DNA of 33,000 bases from Fimbriosthenelais zetlandica (GCA_977030845.1 OZ365116.1:17360001-17393000), one strand, 5' to 3'. Counted from the stretch's first letter, positions 1-13,565 are shown. The notes: generated by a model from the sequence alone, not told the origin. Made by a program: numbers and translations.

Positions 1-639
1 GATACGGTACATGGTCATGTCATGACAGTCACATATGACCAGGCTCCTCCAGGGTTGGTCAGTCACCATCATGACCTAGACCTCTAGCCTCTCTTCCTCC
101 TGGTGATGCTGAGTTCCTCCAGGGGCTCATGATACAATCTTTACCTATCTACACACAAACCAGGAGCAGCAGACAGCCTATTCCATACTAACCTCTTACA
201 CACTATATAATACAGTGTGCTATTGAATAAAATATATATATACGATGTCCGTTTCCATATACTAACTTCTACTTCCTTTCCTTGCCTTAAACTACTCATT
301 GAGCAGTAAGCACATGGCTCACAAAATGCTAGGGGAAAGGGAAACATGTAATTATGTTCAGACAGACTTTAAGATGTTTATTGTATGAATCGCCGTGAAT
401 TATTTCAGCTATTTTGTGGGTTAGCTAACCGGTCGTTTGGCCGCTGTCCTATTACTACCTAGTATATAGCTGGGATGGCTTTGATGTGTCCAGAGAGCAA
501 GAGGGCATAGACGGTAAGGTAAGATCCAGGGAGGCTGGGTGGACGGATGGCGGGCAGGTGGACACGCATAATAACAGCGCCTGGATCACTGTGAGGAGGG
601 ATGTGCTTCTTTATTCTCCAGAGAAATGGACCCTTAGTC

Positions 640-1330
640 TAAATGCCAATTAGGTGGGGCAATAAAGTGAGGAATGGGTGCTGGTACCTGAGAGGGGACA
701 TGGGGCATCAGAGATGAGGTGGTCAGTCGACCAGTGGAATATATGAAAACAGTTTCTTCGGGAAAAAAATGTTATATGGAAATACAAGCCTGAGGCGAAG
801 TGGATTAAGTGGAAGGGCTGTAAGCACTGGTTTTAGGATGGAATCCCTCAGTGGGTTTAGACAGCCACGATGCCATGGCAGATGAACGTTCCATTTAATT
901 CGGTATCTTTTTAGTAGGACTCATCCACCCAAGCCATTTGTTGTCGTCAAATCCCATTAGGGTTTTACAGGGAAATCACTTCAATTCCACACCCAGACAA
1001 TGGCCGTTTTACCAGGCTCCAATGGAGAAATTTGGCCGGGGTAATCATTGGAAACCACAGGATAAGTGATAAAATCAGGTCCGAAATTCTCATTTTTTAG
1101 AAATAATATTATGATCAGCACAAGGGGACTATGTACGGTAGCCTTACACTCATTGTCTCGGTTTATTATCTCCTGCTATGGCAAATAATGAAGCCAGCTA
1201 GTGTTAAGACCATTTAGGAACTCAATAGCCTCCCTAGGGCCTCATACCACGTGAGAGTGTAAATTAAATCTCAGTAATGTGACTGGAGAGACGATGAATT
1301 TAAGCAAGAGGCACCATCAGCAAGTAATAA
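640..1330 (+). mobile_element. Degenerate Ty3/Gypsy integrase fragment (pseudogenised)
   Basis: 889-922 reads FHLI-GIFLVGLI with a 1-bp shift (cf. core start PF..IGIDLVGPL). ~1060-1100 reads ISDK..GPKFSFF (cf. SD.GPQF). ~1170-1200 reads LLSPAMANNEAS (cf. L..A..A.NN). Many stops and frameshifts; boundaries approximate. Confidence 0.55.
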
Positions 1331-2689
1331 AAACATCCCAAGGACCAGTAAAGAGTCTGGCTTGATGAGACACGAGACATGATTGATGGACTAATGAGAG
1401 GTCATCTTTACAGTGCTGGTGAAGATATAATAAGAGAGAGTCAATCATAATAGATGGATTGCTTACACGACCTATGGATCGATTAAACACATGGCCTAAC
1501 CCTTCAATACTTCTCCCGAGGGTAATGTCCTACTGTCACTAAGCCAGGCTACAAAATGATAACCCAGCCACAGCAAGGTGGACATGGAAAGAGGTTTATG
1601 ATGTAGTAGGGCTCGGTGATAACATTTAACTAAGGCAGTAGGAACCCTTGCCGTCCAGAGGCTGTAAAACTCACATAGGGAGGAACCTCAGTAATAGGAT
1701 ATTGCGTCATATTCCAGCAGTGCCGTGTATGGGGCAGGGTAAAGTATGATAGAGGTTGATTATTTCCTGCTCATATACACTATTGCTGTCAGATTTAGTG
1801 GTGAGAGGATTGAGAGGTCAGGCAATATGGCAGGAGGAAGGTGAAAGAACGGGACTTTATGATGGTGTGTGGTGGACTGATCATTTATCTCAGTAAGTAA
1901 GGATGAGTGAACAGAGTAATATCGAATACTGCAGATAGCGTCAGTTATGACATACAGATGGCTGGGTGGGCGGGAGGAGCCAGTCTGATATATACATGTA
2001 TCCTGACTCTTGCTTCATAATCAGCTGGACATTGCATAAAATCATAATATCAACATACATTCTGAATATCAATGCCGATTATGAATGGGCTGCATAAATA
2101 AACTGCAACCAACTGCATAAATAGGTTTGAAACTGACTGCAATGTAATATTCCATACCATTGGCATATATGTATCCACTAGGAAAACTTGAAGGACAGAT
2201 GCCAGGAACCTTAAGAAATGAGCCTTTATAAGGCGGCTTTTTAAAACACTTCAATCTCATCGCGGAGTAAAGTGACACCTGCCAGCTATGTTAAAACAAA
2301 ATGTCAACTTTTGTTGAGGAGGAGGTGGAATAAGGAAACCTGTGGTGATGGATCACCAGGAGGTTTAATTGGCGAGCTGTGCACATACATCCATGTGTAG
2401 AAGACTCAGATGCTGGATGCCAATAATGGACTGTCTACAGGGCTGATAAAACAATGAGGGTCGATACATTTGGTATATTTATGAAGTCATTATTTCTGGC
2501 TTCATGTCCTCAGCTGTACAACCCATTCATATCATAGCATTATTACTGAGCCCATTAGTCCCACTGAGGCAATCCAATACTCAGCTATAGACATGCCCTT
2601 GGGTCAGTTGGGGCGAGGTGCAGTGACCCTCAATTCATAAAGCAAGTTTGTGTCTTGGACATACTCCAGACATGCAGTAAATCTAAATG

Positions 2690-3230
2690 GAGGCCCATAC
2701 TGCACGATGCAGCAATAAATGAGTTATTCAATGAAAGGCGGACGTGGGGTCCTAGAAGCATGATAATATGAGGATGAACTTTGGGCCAAGCCTATACATT
2801 GTACTAATGTTTATTGGAATGAAAGGGCTGACAAATTGGAATTTATGTTACTCTGGGAGGTATAAAATCGTGTGCTTCATCTATGAAAGTGTTTATAGTA
2901 AAACGTCTCTCATGATAAAGGCATTGACTACAAGCCAGACCTACCAGCCCCGTAAGCCTGTCCCTGCTTAATTCACCGGAAACAATGATATTGTCGGGGA
3001 CCAAGACTGGATGGGTATACACACAAGAGCCCATGATAAAAGAATGCCATTCCAAATACAATAAACTCAATGCTCTTGCTTTATGGGTGGGTCTTGCCTC
3101 TGAGCCCCAGGGAGATTCCATGCATAAACTATCATACTCTAAAGAATTTTGTCAATACAAACGCAAAGAGTGAGGTGAATTTGTTACCCAGAGAAATACA
3201 CTGGGATGTTTTGTTTTCTCTCTGACCAAG
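2690..3230 (+). mobile_element. Degenerate Ty1/Copia reverse transcriptase fragment
   Basis: Ordered Copia RT motifs: DAAINEL..ERRTWG (TW at 2742-2747; cf. W..A..EL...N.TW.LV), RYK (2858-2866), GIDY (2920-2931) followed by QTYQP (cf. GIDY.ETY.PV), KNA (~3039-3048; cf. DVKNAFL) and EPQG..HKLSYS (cf. QP.G...KL.KS). Confidence 0.65.
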
Positions 3231-3299
3231 CTTTGAGAGTTCTATCATCTATCACCAGTATATATAAGTAAGCAGAGGCATTATTAATTCTAGTATGAG

Positions 3300-3600
3300 A
3301 TATTAGATACTGGCGTGCCACTTCACATTGTGCGTGGCACAGCTATGAATGCCATGTCTAGCTCGCAGAGCTAATAATACAAGCATATATTATATCTCCT
3401 TAGTTTGGGAGACGTTATGATGTCCCCATATAAAGTCATCGTATATAGGAGATGGTGCTCAGCTGTATATTGGCATGTACATTGTTAACGGCTATCCTAG
3501 ACTGATGTATGATAATCCAGTTTTAATGTGAGACGGTTCATTGTGAATGAAACAGTATGCTCATCAGTCCATCATCATTAGTGTCAGGACGGAGCCACCG
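3300..3600 (-). mobile_element. Degenerate retroelement RT fragment around the YxDD motif
   Basis: The minus strand at 3430-3450 reads PIYDDFI / Y-I-DD-FI with a 1-bp shift (cf. VYIDDI). The surrounding sequence is only weakly similar. Confidence 0.35.
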
Positions 3601-3899
3601 TGGTGTTGTTCTATGGCTATACCAGGCCTCCCACTAACAATGATAGTCTATATTAAATTAAAAAAGACAACTTAAAACTATAATATCATTGAGTATGATT
3701 AACTTAATAAGACAATATACATTAAAATACAGTGACAGATATATTTAGTTACATGAACATGGATCCCCATTGCTTCCATATTCCGGCTAGTGAACAAAAC
3801 ATAATCATTCTTGCTTTACTCAGTGTTGTCAGAAAACATGTTGATGCACAATCTAAGAATCTAAGACCTGTGGATTAGTAGGACAAAAGGTGGGTGCGA

Positions 3900-5600
3900 A
3901 CCAAATGATAAAGTGATATGAATATATGCAAGCCTGGCCCAGCACTTAACAGAAAGGAAGCTGGCAAAGCCTGAGATTAATGGATAGTTTACAAGTGGGC
4001 TTATATAACATTAGTCTAAAAGCTCCCCACCCATGTTTGTCCTGGGCCTGATTGCCAGGTGAGTCGGCGCTAATCATGTGATCTATGACAAGAAAGTGGG
4101 CAGGCGACATTTGTTCTGTAAGGCCAATACAAGAGAGTGGTGCAGTATGTAAACCCATAAAAATGGTCTGCAAGGGCCAGAAGTCAATGCATATTTCAAA
4201 AGCCCAATGTATGGCTGTTGTTTCAACGTTCAAACTTTTTGAATCCTTTAATGAAGGGTCATGAAAATAGAATGGATATCACTGCCCTATATTGTGGTGT
4301 ACCAACTGGAAACAAAGCATTTACTATGTGGCCTATAAGTAGAGATTAGGAGGACAGACGCTTATGGCTGCCTCCCAGAGGAACTGATGTTGGCTGATGT
4401 CTCAGTCAAGCAGGACCTTCATTCTTTAGAAACGAGCACAGTAATGACAAGAACAGGAACGGTCCTGATGAATATTACATAGTGGTGCACACTATAGAAC
4501 CTATCACATATTGTCTCTTCATACAGGCACTGGTTTATAAAAGGTCCGAGTCTGTTCAATTTGTATTTTGCACTGAACCTTGATTTAATATCTAATATAA
4601 AGTCATAGGGTCATTCTCTCCGAGTGATATGCATCAGTGACCTTTGTAATGTCCACATCCGGGTCAAACAGTGCCATGTTTGACCATAAACATCACCATT
4701 GCAATTGAAATTCATACAGAAAGTCTTTAAAGGGACCAAGAATCTGAACCTGAGCATAGGTTTCATGAATAGTTATTTGACACAGACGAATGTGGAAGCC
4801 TGGTCTGGATTGGCATGTTTCAAAGCAGTAAAGTGAGAGAAACATGGTTAGGAGATGAGGTAAGACTGGGGGAGAGGCCCATCAGACAACAGCTCCCTCA
4901 ATGCCCTCCTCCAGCTTTAACAAGTCACGCGTCGGTCTGGTGAGGAATAAGCCTTCTCCGCTCAAGACGATTGCCTGGCTATACAAGCAATTTCCCTGAT
5001 GCCGTAATGCAAAAACCTGGCAAAGGTTCCACGACTTGAAATTGAAGTGCGAGACAAGGGATAGTACTTCGCCGAGCTGTCGTGACAATCAAACTTCAAA
5101 GTTAACTCATCAAAGAATGTTTTCCCAGGACTATTCGGGAATGTTAACTAGACCTACAAATGATTTCTTACAACTACTACCAAGGCGGAAAAGAAGGGCT
5201 CGTCATGAATGGCGGGATTGCCCTCTTTGAAATGGTCAGAGGAAGGGCAGTAAAAGGTCGTTAATATCTCGGCTATCCAGACACCGGAATGATAGGAGTA
5301 CTGAATAGAAAATGGTGCTCTTCAGTGTCTGGTCAGCCGGTGAGTGCGTCTATTCAATGAGGGTAAGCCTTTAAGCCAGGGGCCGGCCGCTCTGCTGCGA
5401 TAACACGGACAGGTCTGTCCAGCTATTCAGCACGAACAGGCCATTATAAAACAAAGGGGACAAATAAAACTTAAGATGGGCCCTCCAAATCCTGCACCAT
5501 CTCATCATATGATAAAGCATATCTAAGTCGATCAGTGATAGGCATAGTAGACGGGGAAGCATGGCATGGGCTGTTTGTTTAGCTCTCATTCAGGAGCCAA
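3900..5600 (-). mobile_element. Degenerate Ty3/Gypsy pol (RT - RNase H - integrase, correct Gypsy order)
   Basis: Minus strand, in order: SLIDLDMLYH (~5510-5542; cf. FSKLDL..AYHQ), YNGLF (5434-5449; cf. GLF.Y.RLPFG), MALFDPDVDITKVTDAY (4628-4677; cf. LFDP.....TDAS), then ORF 3946-4233 with WAFEICIDFWPL...HFLVIDH (cf. PW....IDF.GP...YLV.VD). Confidence 0.7.
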
Positions 5601-5899
5601 CTACTGCATTCATCTAATTAGAGTCTCCTTTAAATGAAGGATGGCATACACTTTGAATATTAAACAGTTGATTTAAGTGCTATTGTGTGTGAGAGAGCTC
5701 TCCAAACATTGGCTGTCAGAGCATATATATTACAGTAACCGTTGGCATGGTTGGTCCTACTAAACGAGGGTTCATTTAATCCCAGACATCTTTATCCTCA
5801 CTTTATTACAGCCAGAATATCATATGTATAACATTATATATAGCGAGGTTCAACCTAGACTCAAATAACTGTATTGGCTGGCACGGCTGCTGGGGATCC

Positions 5900-6500
5900 A
5901 TGTGGAAATCTCTCTGTTACAAAATCTGAAACAAGATCTGCTAAAGCAGTGATTGCTTACAACGCAAAGCTCAACAGAGAATTGTGGTTCCCAGTGGATT
6001 GGTCTGGGCCTATTTGGTTGCTCGCCTCTGTGGGTGTGGTGCACCTAGGGTCCAGAGTGGGGATTTGGTTAGCTGGCAGGGATTGGCAAGCCAATGGTAA
6101 AGGCACACACTCTTACCCTGGAGTGTCATCATTCATACAAGGGTTCTACAGGGTATATTTATGAAAATGACTACTCTATAGGCCAGGTCTATACACATGT
6201 CTACGACTCCACTGTGGATCACACATCGATTGAGCTTGGCATCTATACAACTGTCTTCCATAGGTATACTAGTCCATACCAAACGGGGGGGGGAGGAATG
6301 GAATATATAGGCATACAGAGGGCAAAACCAATGATGCTCATGTATCTGGAAAATAAGCTGAGAAGGGACATGCCGAGCATAAAATCACCAGATATCATAT
6401 TTCATAATAATATTTTCGGATTCTGATGCCTTGGGAAATGCCTCATCTTAGTCTGAAACCTGTAGAGTGACTCTCTCTCAAGCACTAACTTTTCGCTTTT
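5900..6500 (+). mobile_element. Degenerate Ty3/Gypsy integrase core; runs into the left end of the tandem duplication
   Basis: ELWFPVDWSGPI (~5980-6013; cf. PW..V.VD..GP). FHRYTSPYQTGGGGME..IQRAKPMML (from 6256; cf. H..TSPY.PQ.NG..ER..T.K.ML). SPDIIFHNN (cf. LP.I.FAYN), then LGKCL at ~6429-6443 (cf. TG.SP; weak). Confidence 0.65.
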
Positions 6501-6929
6501 AAGCATAATGAAACTGTCATTGGTAGGTATCAACTTGCCACCCTCTTCGGGATGTATAAACTAGCCAATCTCCGAGGGATAATTGAATTCAATCAAGGAG
6601 AAGGGTGGCAGTTGGAGGGGCCTGGTTTTTTTGTGGGATGTGTCCTTGTTAGACGGCATCGCTCTATCATGCCTGGGCCTGCAGCATGTGGACAGCTATA
6701 TGCAGCCATATTAAAGATGCTGCAACGTTTAATTACCACTCTGATGGATTGCTATTGGTGACACGGGTAGGAAGAAAGTAGTATAAGAAAAGAAGACGAA
6801 GACGATGGGGAAAAGAAGAAGAAAACATATACATCTGCAACAAATTTATGGGGGTATGCACAATGTGTGCAACACCAAATGAACTTGGAAAATGAGATCG
6901 ATAGAAAAAAAACTAGAAAGGGAATACAA

Positions 6930-7450
6930 ATATCATGAATGGCTAATTCCACTGTGCATGGTCATAAAAAGAGAGATGTGCGCCTATATATCTGCTGAAG
7001 AAAAGATGGAACTGAGACAGAGTGAGAAGCAATAGTCGAGGCAAATACCGGCCTTGTCCAGGACACTGATAGTGCCATGAAAGAAAGTAATTTCCTGGCG
7101 GGACGCAGCCTGTGAGGAGTGTTTGGTCCACTTTGGGTTCCATCCACTGCTCCCATGTCTGCTCTGTATGATTGATATGAACATATATGAGGATATAGGG
7201 CTGAGCTTATACTTCTCATTAGTTATAAACATGTATAGCAGCTCCAACATACTCCAAACGATCATGCTGAATACATTGATAATTCACGAGGGTACGAGCC
7301 GTGAGAAGGGATGAGACAGGAGTCTCCTGGGCCTCCCAGTCTGTAATGGTCCTTGATAATCTCTTAATCTTCATATGTCCACAGGGAATAGTTAAGGAGA
7401 GGCTGATAGGTGATATCTTGTCCTGTACTGCCATGATTACAACTACATGA
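6930..7450 (-). mobile_element. Degenerate Ty3/Gypsy integrase fragment (in duplication copy 1)
   Basis: One minus frame gives GHMKIKR..TITDW (cf. zinc-finger GH.GI.RT....W), DRLEYVG and PYILIYV..TEQTWE (cf. YIL..VD..T.W.E). After a shift: GCVP-QEITFFHGT (cf. G.P.EILTDQGT). Confidence 0.6.
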
Positions 7451-7879
7451 CCTTGTCAAAGTGGTTTATACAGGCACAGATAGATACAATATTGCGCTTG
7501 GTGCTGGGCACAACTCCCTTAAATTATCATTGCAGATATTGCTGATACTAAATCAACATTACATTAATATCCAGTGACGAAATTAAAGCTTGCCAGTTTC
7601 AAAAGGCTTCACTGCAAATACAACAAATGTCATTTAAGACCACAGAGATAAACCAGAAGATCCGGAAAACGAATGTGGCCGCCTCAACGAATGACTTGCA
7701 GCCGGCCTGAGATTGGTCATAATTTCGGTAGTCTGGTGAATTTAAAGCTGAACAGGGAGAAGATGCGCCATAATACAGCACAAGGAGGAGCCATCAAACC
7801 AACATCATGTCATGTCAAATTCGATTTTAGAAATGAGCTCAAGAAGATAAAGTTTCCAGGCGTAATGATTAGAGATAAA

Positions 7880-8250
7880 AAACCGAAATGATCATGGATT
7901 TCTGATGACAAAGGATGGATGAGACTAGTTTTATGTTATGGACGCACACATTGAGAGAATGAGATCAATTCCCTCAAACAACTGTTGCATTACCAGTGCT
8001 AGTTTATATTTCTCATATGAATGCATCCCACACTTTTTACATCACTGTCAGGCCCAGGGATGTATGAGGGTGGATGGAAATGAGACAATGCTTATTTCTA
8101 TTCCACGCGGCACACCCAGACGTGAAATAACCACATCAATGGAAGCAATCTACGTAAAGGATGTCATATCAAATGACATTCTCTACATGCTTACTAACAA
8201 TGGGAAGGCGGTGCTGAATTTTATATAATATTGATTAAAGTGGGGCTGGT
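7880..8250 (+). mobile_element. Possible pogo/Tigger-like DDE transposase relic (duplication copy 1)
   Basis: One frame from 7915 reads MDETSF...LPVLVYI...*GWME (cf. N.DETG, LPP.VIF, S.GWM). It is interrupted by stops and the motif spacing is shorter than canonical. Confidence 0.4.
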
Positions 8251-9599
8251 AATACAATTCCTACTTTCCTAAATAGATAAGCGAAAACACCTAGTAAAAA
8301 CGCGATCTTTACAGGGTTTGAAGGTGTGAGAGTGGGGGAAAAACAAGTTGACGGCTCAATGAGTAGAATAATGTTTGTAGAGACATGTAATCCTTGTGTC
8401 TCAGACCTGGAAACTGTCACTATTGACAGATGGAACTGTGCTCGTCAAATAATCACTGAGCGGGTCACATCCATTACACACCAGCCTACAAGCAGTCCTT
8501 GTCTTCCCACGCCTCCTCTTTTATACTCGCTGCCCTCAAGCCCAGTCTGGGAAAACCACAATGGTAGGAAATCCATGGCTTTTGCTTTCAAGTCTTCCCG
8601 AAACTATACTGTTTCTTAGATTGTAATTTTGTATATAATTATTCAACAGCCCATTTTGCACGGTTTCCTTCATATCATCTCTAATGACGGTTCTTTGTTT
8701 TAACATTTGTAATCACATCTCTCGCGGCAGGCTCTGCTGTAAGAGAAGCTTTAGAGTGTTAGTCAGGCTGTTTGGAGAAGTCTTTGCAGGTTCTTTGCCT
8801 TATTTCCTCATTCATCTCTCGTCGAGTTCTCCTCTCTAGACCTATAGATGATAATGATAATGACAGAGTACCAACATAAAGAGAATTCCATTGAAATAGG
8901 TCCGGTAATGTTAGTTTGCCATTATCAGGCAAAAACACACGGCTTTTAGACGGCATCTACGCTGCTCTATTTAGCTATTGGAGTATTTTTCCATGTAATA
9001 GACTTCTCTGCATGGTTTGATACGGTAATAGTAGTTTTTAGAAAAGGAACATGCTGTCGCGACGTCATTTCTCATCTATTCCATTTTATATTTTCCTCGG
9101 GGAAGAAGGAAAAGTTTTAAATTACTCGATCACCTTTAAAAGGCCAATGAATCTCTGACTGTGGCCAGCATTGAGCCTGGGTGAATTCTAGGAGACATGA
9201 CTGATCCTCCATGTCACATCTATAGGTTCAGTGTCTGGGCAGAGTATCAAGTGTCAATCACATCAAAGTAAGGACATGCTACCTGCTCATCACAGCCTCC
9301 CGAGCTGCTCACATAATGGAAACTGCTCCTGCCAACTGCCTGATCCCAGCTGCTGCCCCCTGCTCCTTGTGAGACCTGACACAGGTAGAGGGGAATGTAG
9401 GCCATTCATGCAACCTCACTATTCTCAGATTCCAAATAAATTACCCTCACAATCTGACTCTTGCAACAAGGCAGTCAAAGCAGGTTATGTCAGAGGGATA
9501 AGATGACAAAATAATGAGTTTGGAAAGCATCACATCGCAAAATACAATTAGCAAACTTACAAAACCCATAACTGTATGTCTTTTAGGCACGAAGGAAAA

Positions 9600-9900
9600 A
9601 TATCTGCCCTGTTGTAAAACGTGAAATAGCCTCGTTACATATGTAGGCTACTTGCTTAAACCAGCCCAATGAGACTCGGGTACCCTAGGGACACATACAT
9701 TCTTTCAAACCAGCAGCGTTTTAACTGTTCCTGCCAGCATAACATACAAACAGCGTTAGACAATGCTCTCACACTGTGTAAATCTCCCAACATCACCTCC
9801 TTTGATCCTGAAAGCTCACATTCCCCCAGGGTTTCTGGTTCGCTCCAAATAAAGATGTCCTATTTCAAAGGGAAATAGCAATCAAACTGCCTGCACGTTA
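9600..9900 (+). mobile_element. Degenerate Gypsy RT-RNase H connection fragment (duplication copy 1)
   Basis: ORF 9669-9878 reads FNCSCQHNIQTALDNALTLCKSPNITSFDPE (cf. F.W....Q.AF...K..L...P.L..FDP). Confidence 0.5.
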
Positions 9901-10594
9901 TTTGAGTGTGTATATTTTGTGTTATTTCATTAGATGCGGTTCATCCAGGCTTGTCATTCCTCTGATATTTGCCTATCAAACTTCAATGATTTAATTCCTG
10001 TTTAGTCACTTCTTCTGTATATCCAACTAATGGGCTCATATATGCTCCGGAAGGATCTTAGAAAATGCTGACAGAAGATGTCGGATTCTGATGCCTTGGG
10101 AAATGCCTCATCTTAGTCTGAAACCTGTAGAGTGACTCTCTCTCAAGCACTAACTTTTCGCTTTTAAGCATAATGAAACTGTCATTGGTAGGTATCAACT
10201 TGCCACCCTCTTCGGGATGTATAAACTAGCCAATCTCCGAGGGATAATTGAATTCAATCAAGGAGAAGGGTGGCAGTTGGAGGGGCCTGGTTTTTTTGTG
10301 GGATGTGTCCTTGTTAGACGGCATCGCTCTATCATGCCTGGGCCTGCAGCATGTGGACAGCTATATGCAGCCATATTAAAGATGCTGCAACGTTTAATTA
10401 CCACTCTGATGGATTGCTATTGGTGACACGGGTAGGAAGAAAGTAGTATAAGAAAAGAAGACGAAGACGATGGGGAAAAGAAGAAGAAAACATATACATC
10501 TGCAACAAATTTATGGGGGTATGCACAATGTGTGCAACACCAAATGAACTTGGAAAATGAGATCGATAGAAAAAAAACTAGAAAGGGAATACAA

Positions 10595-11115
10595 ATATCA
10601 TGAATGGCTAATTCCACTGTGCATGGTCATAAAAAGAGAGATGTGCGCCTATATATCTGCTGAAGAAAAGATGGAACTGAGACAGAGTGAGAAGCAATAG
10701 TCGAGGCAAATACCGGCCTTGTCCAGGACACTGATAGTGCCATGAAAGAAAGTAATTTCCTGGCGGGACGCAGCCTGTGAGGAGTGTTTGGTCCACTTTG
10801 GGTTCCATCCACTGCTCCCATGTCTGCTCTGTATGATTGATATGAACATATATGAGGATATAGGGCTGAGCTTATACTTCTCATTAGTTATAAACATGTA
10901 TAGCAGCTCCAACATACTCCAAACGATCATGCTGAATACATTGATAATTCACGAGGGTACGAGCCGTGAGAAGGGATGAGACAGGAGTCTCCTGGGCCTC
11001 CCAGTCTGTAATGGTCCTTGATAATCTCTTAATCTTCATATGTCCACAGGGAATAGTTAAGGAGAGGCTGATAGGTGATATCTTGTCCTGTACTGCCATG
11101 ATTACAACTACATGA
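10595..11115 (-). mobile_element. Degenerate Ty3/Gypsy integrase fragment (identical copy in duplication copy 2)
   Basis: Identical to 6930-7450 at +3665. Confidence 0.6.
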
Positions 11116-11544
11116 CCTTGTCAAAGTGGTTTATACAGGCACAGATAGATACAATATTGCGCTTGGTGCTGGGCACAACTCCCTTAAATTATCATTGCAG
11201 ATATTGCTGATACTAAATCAACATTACATTAATATCCAGTGACGAAATTAAAGCTTGCCAGTTTCAAAAGGCTTCACTGCAAATACAACAAATGTCATTT
11301 AAGACCACAGAGATAAACCAGAAGATCCGGAAAACGAATGTGGCCGCCTCAACGAATGACTTGCAGCCGGCCTGAGATTGGTCATAATTTCGGTAGTCTG
11401 GTGAATTTAAAGCTGAACAGGGAGAAGATGCGCCATAATACAGCACAAGGAGGAGCCATCAAACCAACATCATGTCATGTCAAATTCGATTTTAGAAATG
11501 AGCTCAAGAAGATAAAGTTTCCAGGCGTAATGATTAGAGATAAA

Positions 11545-11915
11545 AAACCGAAATGATCATGGATTTCTGATGACAAAGGATGGATGAGACTAGTTTTATG
11601 TTATGGACGCACACATTGAGAGAATGAGATCAATTCCCTCAAACAACTGTTGCATTACCAGTGCTAGTTTATATTTCTCATATGAATGCATCCCACACTT
11701 TTTACATCACTGTCAGGCCCAGGGATGTATGAGGGTGGATGGAAATGAGACAATGCTTATTTCTATTCCACGCGGCACACCCAGACGTGAAATAACCACA
11801 TCAATGGAAGCAATCTACGTAAAGGATGTCATATCAAATGACATTCTCTACATGCTTACTAACAATGGGAAGGCGGTGCTGAATTTTATATAATATTGAT
11901 TAAAGTGGGGCTGGT
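11545..11915 (+). mobile_element. Possible pogo/Tigger-like DDE transposase relic (duplication copy 2)
   Basis: Identical to 7880-8250 at +3665. Confidence 0.4.
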
Positions 11916-13264
11916 AATACAATTCCTACTTTCCTAAATAGATAAGCGAAAACACCTAGTAAAAACGCGATCTTTACAGGGTTTGAAGGTGTGAGAGTGG
12001 GGGAAAAACAAGTTGACGGCTCAATGAGTAGAATAATGTTTGTAGAGACATGTAATCCTTGTGTCTCAGACCTGGAAACTGTCACTATTGACAGATGGAA
12101 CTGTGCTCGTCAAATAATCACTGAGCGGGTCACATCCATTACACACCAGCCTACAAGCAGTCCTTGTCTTCCCACGCCTCCTCTTTTATACTCGCTGCCC
12201 TCAAGCCCAGTCTGGGAAAACCACAATGGTAGGAAATCCATGGCTTTTGCTTTCAAGTCTTCCCGAAACTATACTGTTTCTTAGATTGTAATTTTGTATA
12301 TAATTATTCAACAGCCCATTTTGCACGGTTTCCTTCATATCATCTCTAATGACGGTTCTTTGTTTTAACATTTGTAATCACATCTCTCGCGGCAGGCTCT
12401 GCTGTAAGAGAAGCTTTAGAGTGTTAGTCAGGCTGTTTGGAGAAGTCTTTGCAGGTTCTTTGCCTTATTTCCTCATTCATCTCTCGTCGAGTTCTCCTCT
12501 CTAGACCTATAGATGATAATGATAATGACAGAGTACCAACATAAAGAGAATTCCATTGAAATAGGTCCGGTAATGTTAGTTTGCCATTATCAGGCAAAAA
12601 CACACGGCTTTTAGACGGCATCTACGCTGCTCTATTTAGCTATTGGAGTATTTTTCCATGTAATAGACTTCTCTGCATGGTTTGATACGGTAATAGTAGT
12701 TTTTAGAAAAGGAACATGCTGTCGCGACGTCATTTCTCATCTATTCCATTTTATATTTTCCTCGGGGAAGAAGGAAAAGTTTTAAATTACTCGATCACCT
12801 TTAAAAGGCCAATGAATCTCTGACTGTGGCCAGCATTGAGCCTGGGTGAATTCTAGGAGACATGACTGATCCTCCATGTCACATCTATAGGTTCAGTGTC
12901 TGGGCAGAGTATCAAGTGTCAATCACATCAAAGTAAGGACATGCTACCTGCTCATCACAGCCTCCCGAGCTGCTCACATAATGGAAACTGCTCCTGCCAA
13001 CTGCCTGATCCCAGCTGCTGCCCCCTGCTCCTTGTGAGACCTGACACAGGTAGAGGGGAATGTAGGCCATTCATGCAACCTCACTATTCTCAGATTCCAA
13101 ATAAATTACCCTCACAATCTGACTCTTGCAACAAGGCAGTCAAAGCAGGTTATGTCAGAGGGATAAGATGACAAAATAATGAGTTTGGAAAGCATCACAT
13201 CGCAAAATACAATTAGCAAACTTACAAAACCCATAACTGTATGTCTTTTAGGCACGAAGGAAAA

Positions 13265-13565
13265 ATATCTGCCCTGTTGTAAAACGTGAAATAGCCTCGT
13301 TACATATGTAGGCTACTTGCTTAAACCAGCCCAATGAGACTCGGGTACCCTAGGGACACATACATTCTTTCAAACCAGCAGCGTTTTAACTGTTCCTGCC
13401 AGCATAACATACAAACAGCGTTAGACAATGCTCTCACACTGTGTAAATCTCCCAACATCACCTCCTTTGATCCTGAAAGCTCACATTCCCCCAGGGTTTC
13501 TGGTTCGCTCCAAATAAAGATGTCCTATTTCAAAGGGAAATAGCAATCAAACTGCCTGCACGTTA
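13265..13565 (+). mobile_element. Degenerate Gypsy RT-RNase H connection fragment (duplication copy 2)
   Basis: Identical to 9600-9900 at +3665 (ORF 13334-13543). Confidence 0.5.

Larger units (their letters stand above)
6416..10080 (+). repeat. Copy 1 of a 3,665-bp direct tandem duplication
   Basis: Starts TCGGATTCTGATGCC at 6416 and ends ...GACAGAAGATG at 10080. The same sequence recurs at a constant +3665 offset. All 14 ORFs in this span are repeated with identical translations. Confidence 0.99.

Noticed and set aside
1600-2000. Possible LINE C-terminal relic on the minus strand (LYHTL...LLEYDA)
   Set aside because: It needs a frameshift and gives only two weak motifs, too little to call.
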